DNA of 60,169 nucleotides, from positions 1 through 60,169 of the forward strand of contig JAJZPH010000006.1 of assembly GCA_021811265.1 (NCBI GenBank), given 5' to 3'. Numbering within the stretch: the first letter of the stretch is position 1; each line of letters starts with the position of its first letter. Made by a program: the position numbers and the translations under genes. This document shows, piece after piece, positions 7,734-15,914 of the stretch. The notes beneath the pieces were generated by a model, which saw only the letters and a list, made by a program, of their open reading frames with translations, did no database searches and was not told the DNA's origin. The DNA comes from a bacterium. Lineage in GTDB: Bacteria; Chlamydiota; Chlamydiia; Chlamydiales; SM23-39.

Positions 7734-9623
7734 TTAGAGGACAGAGGGAAAAATTTTTTGAAAGGCTCTTTGAAATCTTTTGTCTACTTCCTTTTTTATC
7801 TCTTTTCTCGACGAGAGATCGATCGCATCTTTACGATCGGAAAGAAGAAGAAATTCTAACTTGGCCGGTTCGAATAGGGCATTTTGTGATTGGAAGCGCA
7901 CGAGAAGTTTTTTTTCTCCATCATGAAGAAAGAATTCGTAAGGAGGTCTGCTCCCATTGAATCTGGCAGACAGCGCAAACTGCTGTTTATTGGGATCAAA
8001 GATGGATTGTCCGTCAAACTGATTGTGGGTAGGGAGTATTTTAAAAAGATAGTGGAAGAGAGTGGGCAGAATATCGACGTGAGAAATGAGCCTTTGATTC
8101 TGCAGAGGTATCGCATTTTTTCGCGTATTTCCCAGTTTGAAATACAAAGGAACGTTTGTTTGTTCATGAGAAAGGACAGAGGCATGGAAGAGATGTCCAT
8201 GTTCGAAAAACTCTTCTCCATGATCTGCAGTGACAATAATGACGGCGTTTTCGTAGAGTTTTTGCTCTTTTAGCGTTTTGATAAATTCTCCAAAAAGATC
8301 GTCGATCCAGTGGATTGCATTGCGATAGCGATTTTTGATGCTTTCCAGGCGAACATTTGATGGACAAGGAGAAAAGCAGGACAACCTGCCCGACAGCGGG
8401 AGAAAGAGAGATCGTGTATCGGGCCAGCTGTAGGGGAAGTGGGAAGAGTCGAGGAAGGTGATGAAGCAGTTTTTTTCCCTGTTTTCGCTCTGTTTTACGT
8501 CATTGCACAAGGATTGCATGGCATCTCGGTCGCATTGACACAAAGGCGAGGAAGGTAAGTGGGAAAAAAAGTGGGGAGAGTGAATCAGAGAGGTATCTTT
8601 TCCAAAAAGAAGCTCTTTCATGCCGTAAAAAGCAAGTTCGGCAGCGGAGTAGAGATGAGTATGATAGCCTGTTTGTTGTAAAAGATAGGGAAAAGACCTT
8701 TGAGAGCCCAGGACATCTTTTTTGTATTTTTTCCAATAAAAAGGATATTTTCCATAAAGAATGGAAAACCATGAAAGGTGGGTAGAGTTGGAGCCCGAAA
8801 GCGCCAGGTCAAAGGATAGCTCTTCTTTCTTGAAAAGAAAGCGCTTGGGAGTATTTTCTTCGGTAATAAAATCTTCTCTCAAGCTTTCGATGATGAAGAG
8901 ATAGACATTGGCTTTTTCTTTCAACAGTGGATACGAAGAGGAAGAAAAGTCTGAGCGTAAGCATCCCTTGAAGGAAAGCCTCCAAGATGTGGGTTGAAAA
9001 ATGGTGGTTTTCCAAGGAAGAGATTTTTGCATGGGCTGGAAGAGGTTAGCATGAATGGTCCATGCATGTGCAGTGTTCCATAAGAGAAGGGAAAGTGGCA
9101 GCAGGAGAAGGAGGAGAAAAAATGATTGGTGCGCAATGAGTAGCGGCTTTTTGTCTGCTAAAAAAGCACATCCTTTGAAAAAAAGTATGCCAAGGAGCGG
9201 CAGAGCAAAAATACACCCACCAATGAGAAGCCAGGTAGTAAGGGAGATATTTGCGGCTTTGAGAAGTTCTAGAAAAGAAGAAAATGTTTCAAAGCGTATA
9301 AAATTAATTCCTTCAAAAATGCTCAAATCCATCATTCGGGTCAAAAAAAAGTCGACGATTTGTGTGGTCAAAAGAAGAACCAAAACCCCTAGATAGGTAA
9401 AGAAGAGCGCGCGGGGTAGGTGCTTTTCAAAAAAATGGGTAAGATAAACTATGCAGCTGATTTCGGTAAGCGATTGGAGTAGTGCATTGATCAGGAAAAA
9501 GGCTTTTGTTTCGCAAAAGGGATGGTCGACAAGAAGGATATTAACGGAGCTGGAAACAAGAAGAAAAAGAAAAACAGGAGCAAAAAAAAGATAGTTGATT
9601 GAAATCTTGTACTTCAGATTCAT
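7734..9623 (-). CDS. Inner-membrane sulfatase-like protein (paralog of 1965-3809)
   Basis: TM region, then NVYLFIIESLRED, FLDSSHFPY, RYRNAI.WID, IVTADHGEEF, SHVDILPTL; start MNLKY at 9623 with GGAG upstream. Confidence 0.8.
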   Translation of the reverse strand: MNLKYKISINYLFFAPVFLFLLVSSSVNILLVDHPFCETKAFFLINALLQSLTEISCIVYLTHFFEKHLPRALFFTYLGVLVLLLTTQIVDFFLTRMMDLSIFEGINFIRFETFSSFLELLKAANISLTTWLLIGGCIFALPLLGILFFKGCAFLADKKPLLIAHQSFFLLLLLLPLSLLLWNTAHAWTIHANLFQPMQKSLPWKTTIFQPTSWRLSFKGCLRSDFSSSSYPLLKEKANVYLFIIESLREDFITEENTPKRFLFKKEELSFDLALSGSNSTHLSWFSILYGKYPFYWKKYKKDVLGSQRSFPYLLQQTGYHTHLYSAAELAFYGMKELLFGKDTSLIHSPHFFSHLPSSPLCQCDRDAMQSLCNDVKQSENREKNCFITFLDSSHFPYSWPDTRSLFLPLSGRLSCFSPCPSNVRLESIKNRYRNAIHWIDDLFGEFIKTLKEQKLYENAVIIVTADHGEEFFEHGHLFHASVLSHEQTNVPLYFKLGNTRKNAIPLQNQRLISHVDILPTLFHYLFKILPTHNQFDGQSIFDPNKQQFALSARFNGSRPPYEFFLHDGEKKLLVRFQSQNALFEPAKLEFLLLSDRKDAIDLSSRKEIKKEVDKRFQRAFQKIFPSVL

Positions 9624-9656
9624 GAAAAAGCTCCGAACACAGCCCTCTTTTTTCTT

Positions 9657-9728
9657 TATACACAAAGAAGTTGGAAAATCAGTTTTTGGCGTGCTCCAGA
9701 AACCGATTTTCCAACTTCTTTGTGTATA
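9657..9728. mobile_element. Family A palindromic element, 72 bp copy
   Basis: TATACACAAAGAAGTTGGAAAATC...GATTTTCCAACTTCTTTGTGTATA; core in the opposite orientation to the 12423 copy. Confidence 0.85.
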
Positions 9729-9845
9729 ATTGCTTAAAAAAAACATGTCAAGATATCCGCTTCTTTTGTGGAAGTGTTTTTATGCCCAAATTTTAGGAAA
9801 ATGATTTAAGATCTTTGTCGATGAGTAAAGGGTGGGAGGGAAAAG

Positions 9846-10532
9846 ATGCAATGGATTTATGAGTTTCAACTGTTTCTCTTTGATTTCGATGGACTTCTTG
9901 TAAACACAGAAATTATTCAATTTCAAGCATATAAAGAAATGTGTCGGAGAAGGGGGTATGATTTACCCTGGTCCTTTGTCAACTACTGTTCTTATGCGCA
10001 TTCTCCCAATGTGCATGCACTTTCTTACGCCATTTGGGATCTCTTTCCAAAGCTACAGCAAGAAGAGCCCAACTGGAGCGTTCTCTATGCGGAAAAAAAG
10101 CAGATTTACGAAGAGCTGCTTTCCCACTCCAGAATCGAACTCATGCCAGGTGTGGAAAAACTCTTAACTGCTCTCGAGAAGGCTAAAATGCCAAGGTGTG
10201 TGGTGACCAATTCTACGAAAATGCAGATAGAAATGATTCTGCATACAATTCCTGCCTTAAAGAAAATCCCCCATTGGATCACAAGAGAGGACTATCTAGA
10301 GCCAAAACCTAGCCCAGAAGGATATCTTCGCGCGATCACTCTTTATGGGAAAAAGGGGGATCGCATCATTGGATTTGAGGATACGCCCAGAGGAATTGCA
10401 GCGTTGGCACAGACGCCAGCAACCATTGTTATGATTTCTCCTATTCCTCCGGAAATAGAAGGAACTTTTCCCAAAGAGATCTTCCATTATCCCTCTTTTG
10501 AGGATATTCCCGATGATCACTTGGGCGCTTGA
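9846..10532 (+). CDS. HAD-superfamily phosphatase
   Basis: LFDFDGLLVNTE motif I, VVTNS, KPSPEGY, GFEDT.RG. Confidence 0.9.
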   Translation: MQWIYEFQLFLFDFDGLLVNTEIIQFQAYKEMCRRRGYDLPWSFVNYCSYAHSPNVHALSYAIWDLFPKLQQEEPNWSVLYAEKKQIYEELLSHSRIELMPGVEKLLTALEKAKMPRCVVTNSTKMQIEMILHTIPALKKIPHWITREDYLEPKPSPEGYLRAITLYGKKGDRIIGFEDTPRGIAALAQTPATIVMISPIPPEIEGTFPKEIFHYPSFEDIPDDHLGA

Positions 10533-11296
10533 GTTGCTCCATAATGCACCTTTACTAGGAAGAGGCCCTTAGCAGGAGCGGCGCCGGGCGCACGCCTTCG
10601 GTCTTTGGCGGCAAAGAGAGGAGAAATAGCTTCGATCTTCATTTTTTTGGTTGCGATTTCGAGAAGAGTGCCCACGATATTACGGACCATCTTGTAGAGA
10701 AATCCATTGCCTTCGAATTCGAGACGCAGGCCGTTTTCTTCCTCAACGACGTCGAGCCTTTGGATGGTGCGCGTGGCATTTTTTGCGGCGGCTCCTGTTT
10801 TTGCGTTATTTGCAAAAGAAGAAAAATCATGGGTTCCGATAAAACCAAGGGCAGCTTGTTTGAGAAGGGAAAGGTCCAATGGGTAGGGAATGTGCAGGGA
10901 GTAGAGCCTTAAAAAAGGGTTGTGCACAGCGCTAAGATGCAAATGATAATGATAGATTTTCCCCGTAGCAGAATAGCGGGCATGAAAACTGCTATCCACC
11001 TCTTCGAGAAGATGGATGCGAATATCTTTGGGAAGAAGAGAGTTGAGACTGTGGCGTAATTTGCTCACCTCAAAAGCCACGTGCGTGGAAAAATGAGCAA
11101 TCTGAGCAAGAGCATGCACTCCAGCATCTGTCCTTCCAGAGCCAATGAGAGAAACCTTTTCTCTAAGAACGGTCGCTAAAGCTTTTTGAATCAGCGATTG
11201 GATCGAGATAACCTTGTCGGTCTGCGTTTGCCATCCCGAATAGTTGGTTCCGTCGTAGCCGATCGTGAGCTTATATTTTTTTTTCTTTTTGTTCAT
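10517..11296 (-). CDS. truA: tRNA pseudouridine(38-40) synthase
   Basis: YDGTNYSGWQ, GSGRTDAGVHA, FHARYSA, GNGFLYKMVRNIVG, APAKGLFL. Confidence 0.97.
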   Translation of the reverse strand: MNKKKKKYKLTIGYDGTNYSGWQTQTDKVISIQSLIQKALATVLREKVSLIGSGRTDAGVHALAQIAHFSTHVAFEVSKLRHSLNSLLPKDIRIHLLEEVDSSFHARYSATGKIYHYHLHLSAVHNPFLRLYSLHIPYPLDLSLLKQAALGFIGTHDFSSFANNAKTGAAAKNATRTIQRLDVVEEENGLRLEFEGNGFLYKMVRNIVGTLLEIATKKMKIEAISPLFAAKDRRRAPGAAPAKGLFLVKVHYGATQAPK

Positions 11297-11966
11297 ATAT
11301 TTGTTCTGCGAAAAAAAGGTCCATGGGATAGGTGATTTTGATGTTATGGTGATACCCCATCACAACTCTGACTTTTTGTTGCATCAGCTCAACGAGAGAT
11401 ACATCGTCGGTAACCAAAGAGTGGTTTTTTTTAGCCAAGGAGAGAGCTTCTTTTAAAAGTGGGGTTTTGATGGCCTGCGGAGTCTGGATCTCCCAAAGAT
11501 TGTCTCTTTGCAAAGTTTGCACAACCTCTTTTTCTGCAGTGCATTCTTTGATGGTGCTTGTGACGGGCAAGCCCAGTGTGGCGGCTCCCATCTCTTGTGC
11601 AACTTGGATAAGTTCTACAAGAGCTTTTTCTTCGATAAAAGGGCGCACGGCATCATGGATGATCGTCAGTGTGGAACCACTAAAGAGTTTTTCCATGCCG
11701 CGAGCAAGAGATTCTTGCCTCATTTCTCCTGGGTCTGCAAAAGAGATCTGCTTTTTTTTGTCGGAAGAAAAAAGAGAGCGATACTCTTCTGGGCAGACGA
11801 GGATCATTTCGTCAATGAAAGAAAAATGGAGAAATGCATCGAAGCTGTGCAGCATGAGAGGTTTTCCTTTGAGGGCAAGGAATTGCTTAGGGAAACTCTT
11901 TCCCATGCGTTTTCCTAGGCCTCCTCCAAGCAGGATGAGGGAAATGAAGGGTCTTTTGTCTGTCAT
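11271..11966 (-). CDS. ispD: 2-C-methyl-D-erythritol 4-phosphate cytidylyltransferase
   Basis: GGGLGKRM...PKQF, IHDAVRPF, IQTPQ, TDD.SLVE, NIKITYP.D. Confidence 0.95.
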   Translation of the reverse strand: MTDKRPFISLILLGGGLGKRMGKSFPKQFLALKGKPLMLHSFDAFLHFSFIDEMILVCPEEYRSLFSSDKKKQISFADPGEMRQESLARGMEKLFSGSTLTIIHDAVRPFIEEKALVELIQVAQEMGAATLGLPVTSTIKECTAEKEVVQTLQRDNLWEIQTPQAIKTPLLKEALSLAKKNHSLVTDDVSLVELMQQKVRVVMGYHHNIKITYPMDLFFAEQIYEQKEKKI

Positions 11967-12006
11967 GCGTTTTTAATAAAATTGATAGGCTACTATTGTA
12001 ATAAAG

Positions 12007-12043
12007 AAAAAACCCAAAAACAAGGTTTTGTTTTTGGGTTTTT
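12007..12043. terminator. Hairpin / probable intrinsic terminator downstream of SWIB gene
   Basis: AAAAAACCCAAAAACAA-GGTT-TTGTTTTTGGGTTTTT inverted repeat. Confidence 0.6.
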
Positions 12044-12062
12044 GAAAAATATTTTTTCGATC

Positions 12063-12320
12063 TTATGAGAGGTGCTTATTAACTTTCTTTGTCATTTCAA
12101 ACATGTTAATGGAACTTTTTCCTCCAAAAACCTTGGCGAGCTTCTCATCAGGATTGATGTTGCGCTTGTTTTTCTTGTCTTGAAGGTTATTGTTTTTGAT
12201 ATATGCCCATAATTTTTTTGTAACTTCTGTTCGGGGCATAGGGCCTTTGCCAACGATTGCTGCCAACTCTTCGCTGACTTTCATTGGCTGCATGAATTTG
12301 GATTGCTTTTGTTTTATCAT
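12063..12320 (-). CDS. Stand-alone SWIB/MDM2 domain protein
   Basis: FMQPMKVSEELAAIVGKGPMPRTEVTKKLWAYIK..NLQD..NKRNI.PD.KL. Confidence 0.95.
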   Translation of the reverse strand: MIKQKQSKFMQPMKVSEELAAIVGKGPMPRTEVTKKLWAYIKNNNLQDKKNKRNINPDEKLAKVFGGKSSINMFEMTKKVNKHLS

Positions 12321-12422
12321 GACTCATTCTCCTTTGAGGTCAAAGTAAATAAAATACGCTAATTTTCACTTTTATCGCTATGGGGGTATTATAGTCAAAG
12401 CAAAAGTTTGGAAAAAAATTCT

Positions 12423-12494
12423 TATACGCAAAGAACTTGGAAAATCGGCTTCTGGAGCACGCCAAAAACCGATTTTCCAAGTTCTTTGTGTATA
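12423..12494. mobile_element. Family A palindromic element, 72 bp copy
   Basis: TATACGCAAAGAACTTGGAAAATCGG...CCGATTTTCCAAGTTCTTTGTGTATA. Confidence 0.85.
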
Positions 12495-12512
12495 TATGCT
12501 TTTTTGAGAATC

Positions 12513-12896
12513 TCAATGAGGAGCTACAGGAGCAGCAGTGCCAACGTAAAAATAGGCTAGAGCTCCACAAATCAATAGTAAGGAGACAACAGCTCCGCAA
12601 CCAAATCCAAGAATGAACGGGTTATGCAGAGAGGCAAAGAAGGTGCTTATTGTAGAGGAGAGTTGGCTCCAAATCTTTGTAATAACTGCTACACAGTTTT
12701 GGCAGAGTGGGCAACCCCACTCATATATTTTTTGATAGTTAATGGCGAAAATCTGATCCAGCAGCGACTTCCAAATATTTTGTACGAAATGAGCAATCGC
12801 AATAGCTGTTTTTTGCGCAGCAGTTGCAAAATACACACACTTTTGCATTACGACTTGTCTTAGGGAATCACCCTCACAAGGTGTAGTATTGCGCAT
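12513..12896 (-). CDS. Hypothetical protein with C-terminal TM segment
   Basis: 127 aa ORF; AGGAG upstream; hydrophobic C-terminus. Confidence 0.55.
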   Translation of the reverse strand: MRNTTPCEGDSLRQVVMQKCVYFATAAQKTAIAIAHFVQNIWKSLLDQIFAINYQKIYEWGCPLCQNCVAVITKIWSQLSSTISTFFASLHNPFILGFGCGAVVSLLLICGALAYFYVGTAAPVAPH

Positions 12897-13065
12897 TCAA
12901 TGCATCTCCTAAAAGGAAAAAACCTTACATGCTTTTTCTCTTTTCGTAAAGAAAAAAATCGAAGAAGAAATGCAATGAAATAAATTGATAATTGTGTAAA
13001 ATTCATTTTCCTAAATAAAGGTTTTTTTTACTTTGTAGATACTCGCTGAAAGAAAGGAAAATAGA

Positions 13066-14152
13066 ATGAATGTGGAAAAAATAGCAGACATAGAGAAGAG
13101 ACTCGATCAAATGCGGAGGTTTCTTTGACCTGGCGTTGAAAGAGGCCGAGGTCAAGCGACTAGAAAAAAAGATGGAGGATCCCCACTTTTGGGAGGATTC
13201 TGCATCCGCACAAAAGTGTGTCACAGAGTGCAATGAACTCAAATCCTGGACACTACCTTTTCAAGAAGTTAGTACAAGATTTCTCCTTTTGAAGGAGATC
13301 TATCCCGAAGCAGAAGCGACAAAAGACCAAGCATTTCTGGAAGAGTTGCAGCAAGAGATGGACTTGATTGAGAAAAGGCTTGGCACCCTAGAGCTTCGCA
13401 AAATGCTTTCCAAAGAGATGGATCACAATAGCTGTTATTTGAGCATTAATGCCGGGGCTGGTGGCACGGAAGCCTGTGATTGGGCAGAAATGCTCGGAAG
13501 AATGTATCAACGCTATGCTGTAAGAAAGGGATGGAAGGTAGATATCATCGATCGCGTCGATGGCGAGGTTGCTGGAGTGAAGAACATCACATTCCGCTTT
13601 ACCGGAAATGATGCCTATGGTCTTTGCAAATCGGAAAAAGGAGTGCACCGTTTGGTGCGCATTTCTCCCTTTGATAGCAATGCCAAGCGGCACACGAGCT
13701 TTGCATCGGTCGACATAACTCCGATCATCGATGAAGAGATTGTAGTGGAGCTCAAACCAGAGGATCTGCGTATCGATACCTTCCGAGCCTCTGGTGCTGG
13801 AGGACAACATGTAAACCGTACCGATTCGGCGGTGCGCATTACTCACCTGCCCACGGGCATTGTGGTTTCTTCACAGAGCGAACGCAGTCAACTACAGAAT
13901 AAAGAAACCTGCATGAAAATGTTGCGCTCCAAGCTCTATGAAAAAGAGGTGTTGGAAAGAGAAGCTGCTCTTGAACAAATGGGTGGAGAAAAAAAAGAGA
14001 TTGCATGGGGGAGCCAGATTCGTAATTATGTATTTCAGCCCTATACATTAGTCAAAGATACGCGCACCAAATGCGAAACGGGCAACATTCAGGCGGTGAT
14101 GGATGGTGAGATCGATGATTTCGTGGCCGCCTTTTTGAAGGAATTTGGTTAA
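13066..14152 (+). CDS. prfB: Peptide chain release factor 2 (programmed +1 frameshift)
   Basis: ORF1 ATG 13066 MNVEKIADIEKRLDQMRRFL ends CTT TGA C; +1 frame has SPF tripeptide (RISPFD) and GAGGQHVN. Confidence 0.97.
13114..13129 (+). promoter_or_regulatory. prfB +1 ribosomal frameshift site
   Basis: Internal SD GGAGG followed by TTT CTT TGA C. Confidence 0.95.
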
Positions 14153-14653
14153 ATGGAAGAGAAAGTTTCTTTTGATATTCGCTATAGTCAGATGGAGGAT
14201 TTCCATCCACTGCATGCATGGTTGAGCGACCCTGCTACCCATATTTGGTTTCCCCCATCCATTCCGAGAGAAATTGAAGAGTTTGCCAAAAACTGGATTG
14301 GCTTTTCTCGCTTTCGTTCTAGCTTGACTGCAACTGCACAGGGTGTCCCCGTAGCTGTTGGAACTTTGTTTCTTTTGCCCTACAAAAAAGTGGCACACCA
14401 GTGCAGCTTTTATCTGGTCGTAGCACCCGAGATGCGACGCAAAGGGGTGGGGAGTTCTATGGTCAAAAATCTATTGAACTTGGCACAGAATTATTTCCAT
14501 TTCGAGAGCGTCTATGCAGATGTGTATGAAGGATGCCCGCTCCTTCCTTTGCTGGAGAAAAAATTTTCTTTTCAGCAGATTGATTATCAAGAGCGTTTTG
14601 TAAAAAATCCAACAGGGTACCTAGCAAGAATTATTGTAGAACATACTTTTTGA
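14153..14653 (+). CDS. GNAT family N-acetyltransferase
   Basis: VAPEMRRKGVGS acetyl-CoA motif; paralog of next gene. Confidence 0.85.
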   Translation: MEEKVSFDIRYSQMEDFHPLHAWLSDPATHIWFPPSIPREIEEFAKNWIGFSRFRSSLTATAQGVPVAVGTLFLLPYKKVAHQCSFYLVVAPEMRRKGVGSSMVKNLLNLAQNYFHFESVYADVYEGCPLLPLLEKKFSFQQIDYQERFVKNPTGYLARIIVEHTF

Positions 14654-14660
14654 AGGTTTT

Positions 14661-15149
14661 GTGGAAAAGTTGAAGACTCGTTTTAGTGTGGCAGAGGATA
14701 AAAAATATCTAGTGGAATGGATGAGCGATCCTGATGTTTTGCGCTGGTTCCCCATGAGCGATGCGCGCGAAATTGAGGATGCTGCATCGGTCTGTATTGG
14801 ATATGCACGGTTTCAGGCTGTCTTGACTGCAGTGTATGATGATATTCCCTGTGGTATTGCAAATCTTTATTTGCAGCCCTATCGTAAAATGGCCCATCAA
14901 TGCCTATTTGCTATTATTGTGGCAAAAGAACATCGAGGCAAGGGGGTCGGCACCATTCTTTTAACGGAGCTCATGAAATTGGCAAAAGAGAGATTTCAAC
15001 TGGAGATTCTCTGCCTTGAGGTGTATGAGGGAAATCCGGCAATTTCTCTCTATGACAGGCTAGGGTTTGTGACATGCGGCTTTCAAAGACATTTTACCAA
15101 AGAAAATGGCATGTATCGTGGTAAATATTTTAAGCAGAAAATTCTCTAG
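14661..15149 (+). CDS. GNAT family N-acetyltransferase
   Basis: VAKEHRGKGVGT, LEVYEGNPAISLYDRLGF. Confidence 0.9.
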   Translation: MEKLKTRFSVAEDKKYLVEWMSDPDVLRWFPMSDAREIEDAASVCIGYARFQAVLTAVYDDIPCGIANLYLQPYRKMAHQCLFAIIVAKEHRGKGVGTILLTELMKLAKERFQLEILCLEVYEGNPAISLYDRLGFVTCGFQRHFTKENGMYRGKYFKQKIL

Positions 15150-15163
15150 AATGAGGACATCTT

Positions 15164-15895
15164 ATGGCAGGTCATAGCAAATGGGCCAACATCAAACGGC
15201 GCAAAGAAAAGTCAGATCAGAAAAAGGGAAAGGAGTTTTCTCATATTGCAAAAGAGATTATTAGCGCAGTGAAGCAAGGGGGATCGGATCCCAAGTCGAA
15301 CGCTAAGCTCAGAATCGTCATCCAAAAGGCAAAGAGTGCCAATTTTCCAAATGAAAACATCGAACGCAACATCAAAAAAGCGGCAAGCCCCGACCAGAGC
15401 GATTTTAGTGAAGTTACCTATGAACTGTATGGCTACGGAGGCGTGGGGATCATTGTTGAGGCTTTGACGGATAATAAAAACCGCACCTCTTCTGAGATTC
15501 GCATCGCGACCAACAAATGCGGTGGCACGATAGCAACGCCCGGCTCGGTGAGCTATAACTTCGAACGTAAAGGAGTTCTTGAGGTGTTAAAAAAACATGC
15601 ATTGGAAGAGGAGCTCTTTTTACTGGCAAGCGACCATGGTGCTGAAGATTTTGAAACATTGGAAGATCGTTTTCTGATCACCACAACTGCCGAAAATCTT
15701 GGCAAACTAAAAGAGGTCATCGAAACAAATCAGATCATCTGCGATGGGGCAACCCTCGAGATGATTCCTAAAAACTTGGTAGAATGCTCCAAAGAAGACA
15801 TGGACGCAAACTTCAAACTCATCGAATGGCTTGAAAATCTAGAAGATGTCGATGAGGTCTATCACAATATGAAGATGGAAGAAATGTCCATCTGA
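15164..15895 (+). CDS. yebC: YebC/PmpR family protein
   Basis: MAGHSKWANIK, YE.YG.GG, TDNKNRT, LENLEDVDEVYHN. Confidence 0.95.
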   Translation: MAGHSKWANIKRRKEKSDQKKGKEFSHIAKEIISAVKQGGSDPKSNAKLRIVIQKAKSANFPNENIERNIKKAASPDQSDFSEVTYELYGYGGVGIIVEALTDNKNRTSSEIRIATNKCGGTIATPGSVSYNFERKGVLEVLKKHALEEELFLLASDHGAEDFETLEDRFLITTTAENLGKLKEVIETNQIICDGATLEMIPKNLVECSKEDMDANFKLIEWLENLEDVDEVYHNMKMEEMSI

Positions 15896-15914
15896 CAGCT
15901 CTGGTTGATCCTGC

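Noticed and set aside
9624-9746. N-terminal extension of the second sulfatase-like ORF as another in-frame insertion
   Set aside because: Insert length (70 bp) is not a multiple of 3; the ATG at 9623 has an RBS and matches the paralog's start
9781-9802. TATGCCCAAATTTTAGGAAAAT as another element arm
   Set aside because: Too degenerate and no partner arm
1809-12494. Recurring palindromic repeats as a CRISPR array
   Set aside because: Copies are dispersed, vary in length and have no regular spacers; no cas genes are present
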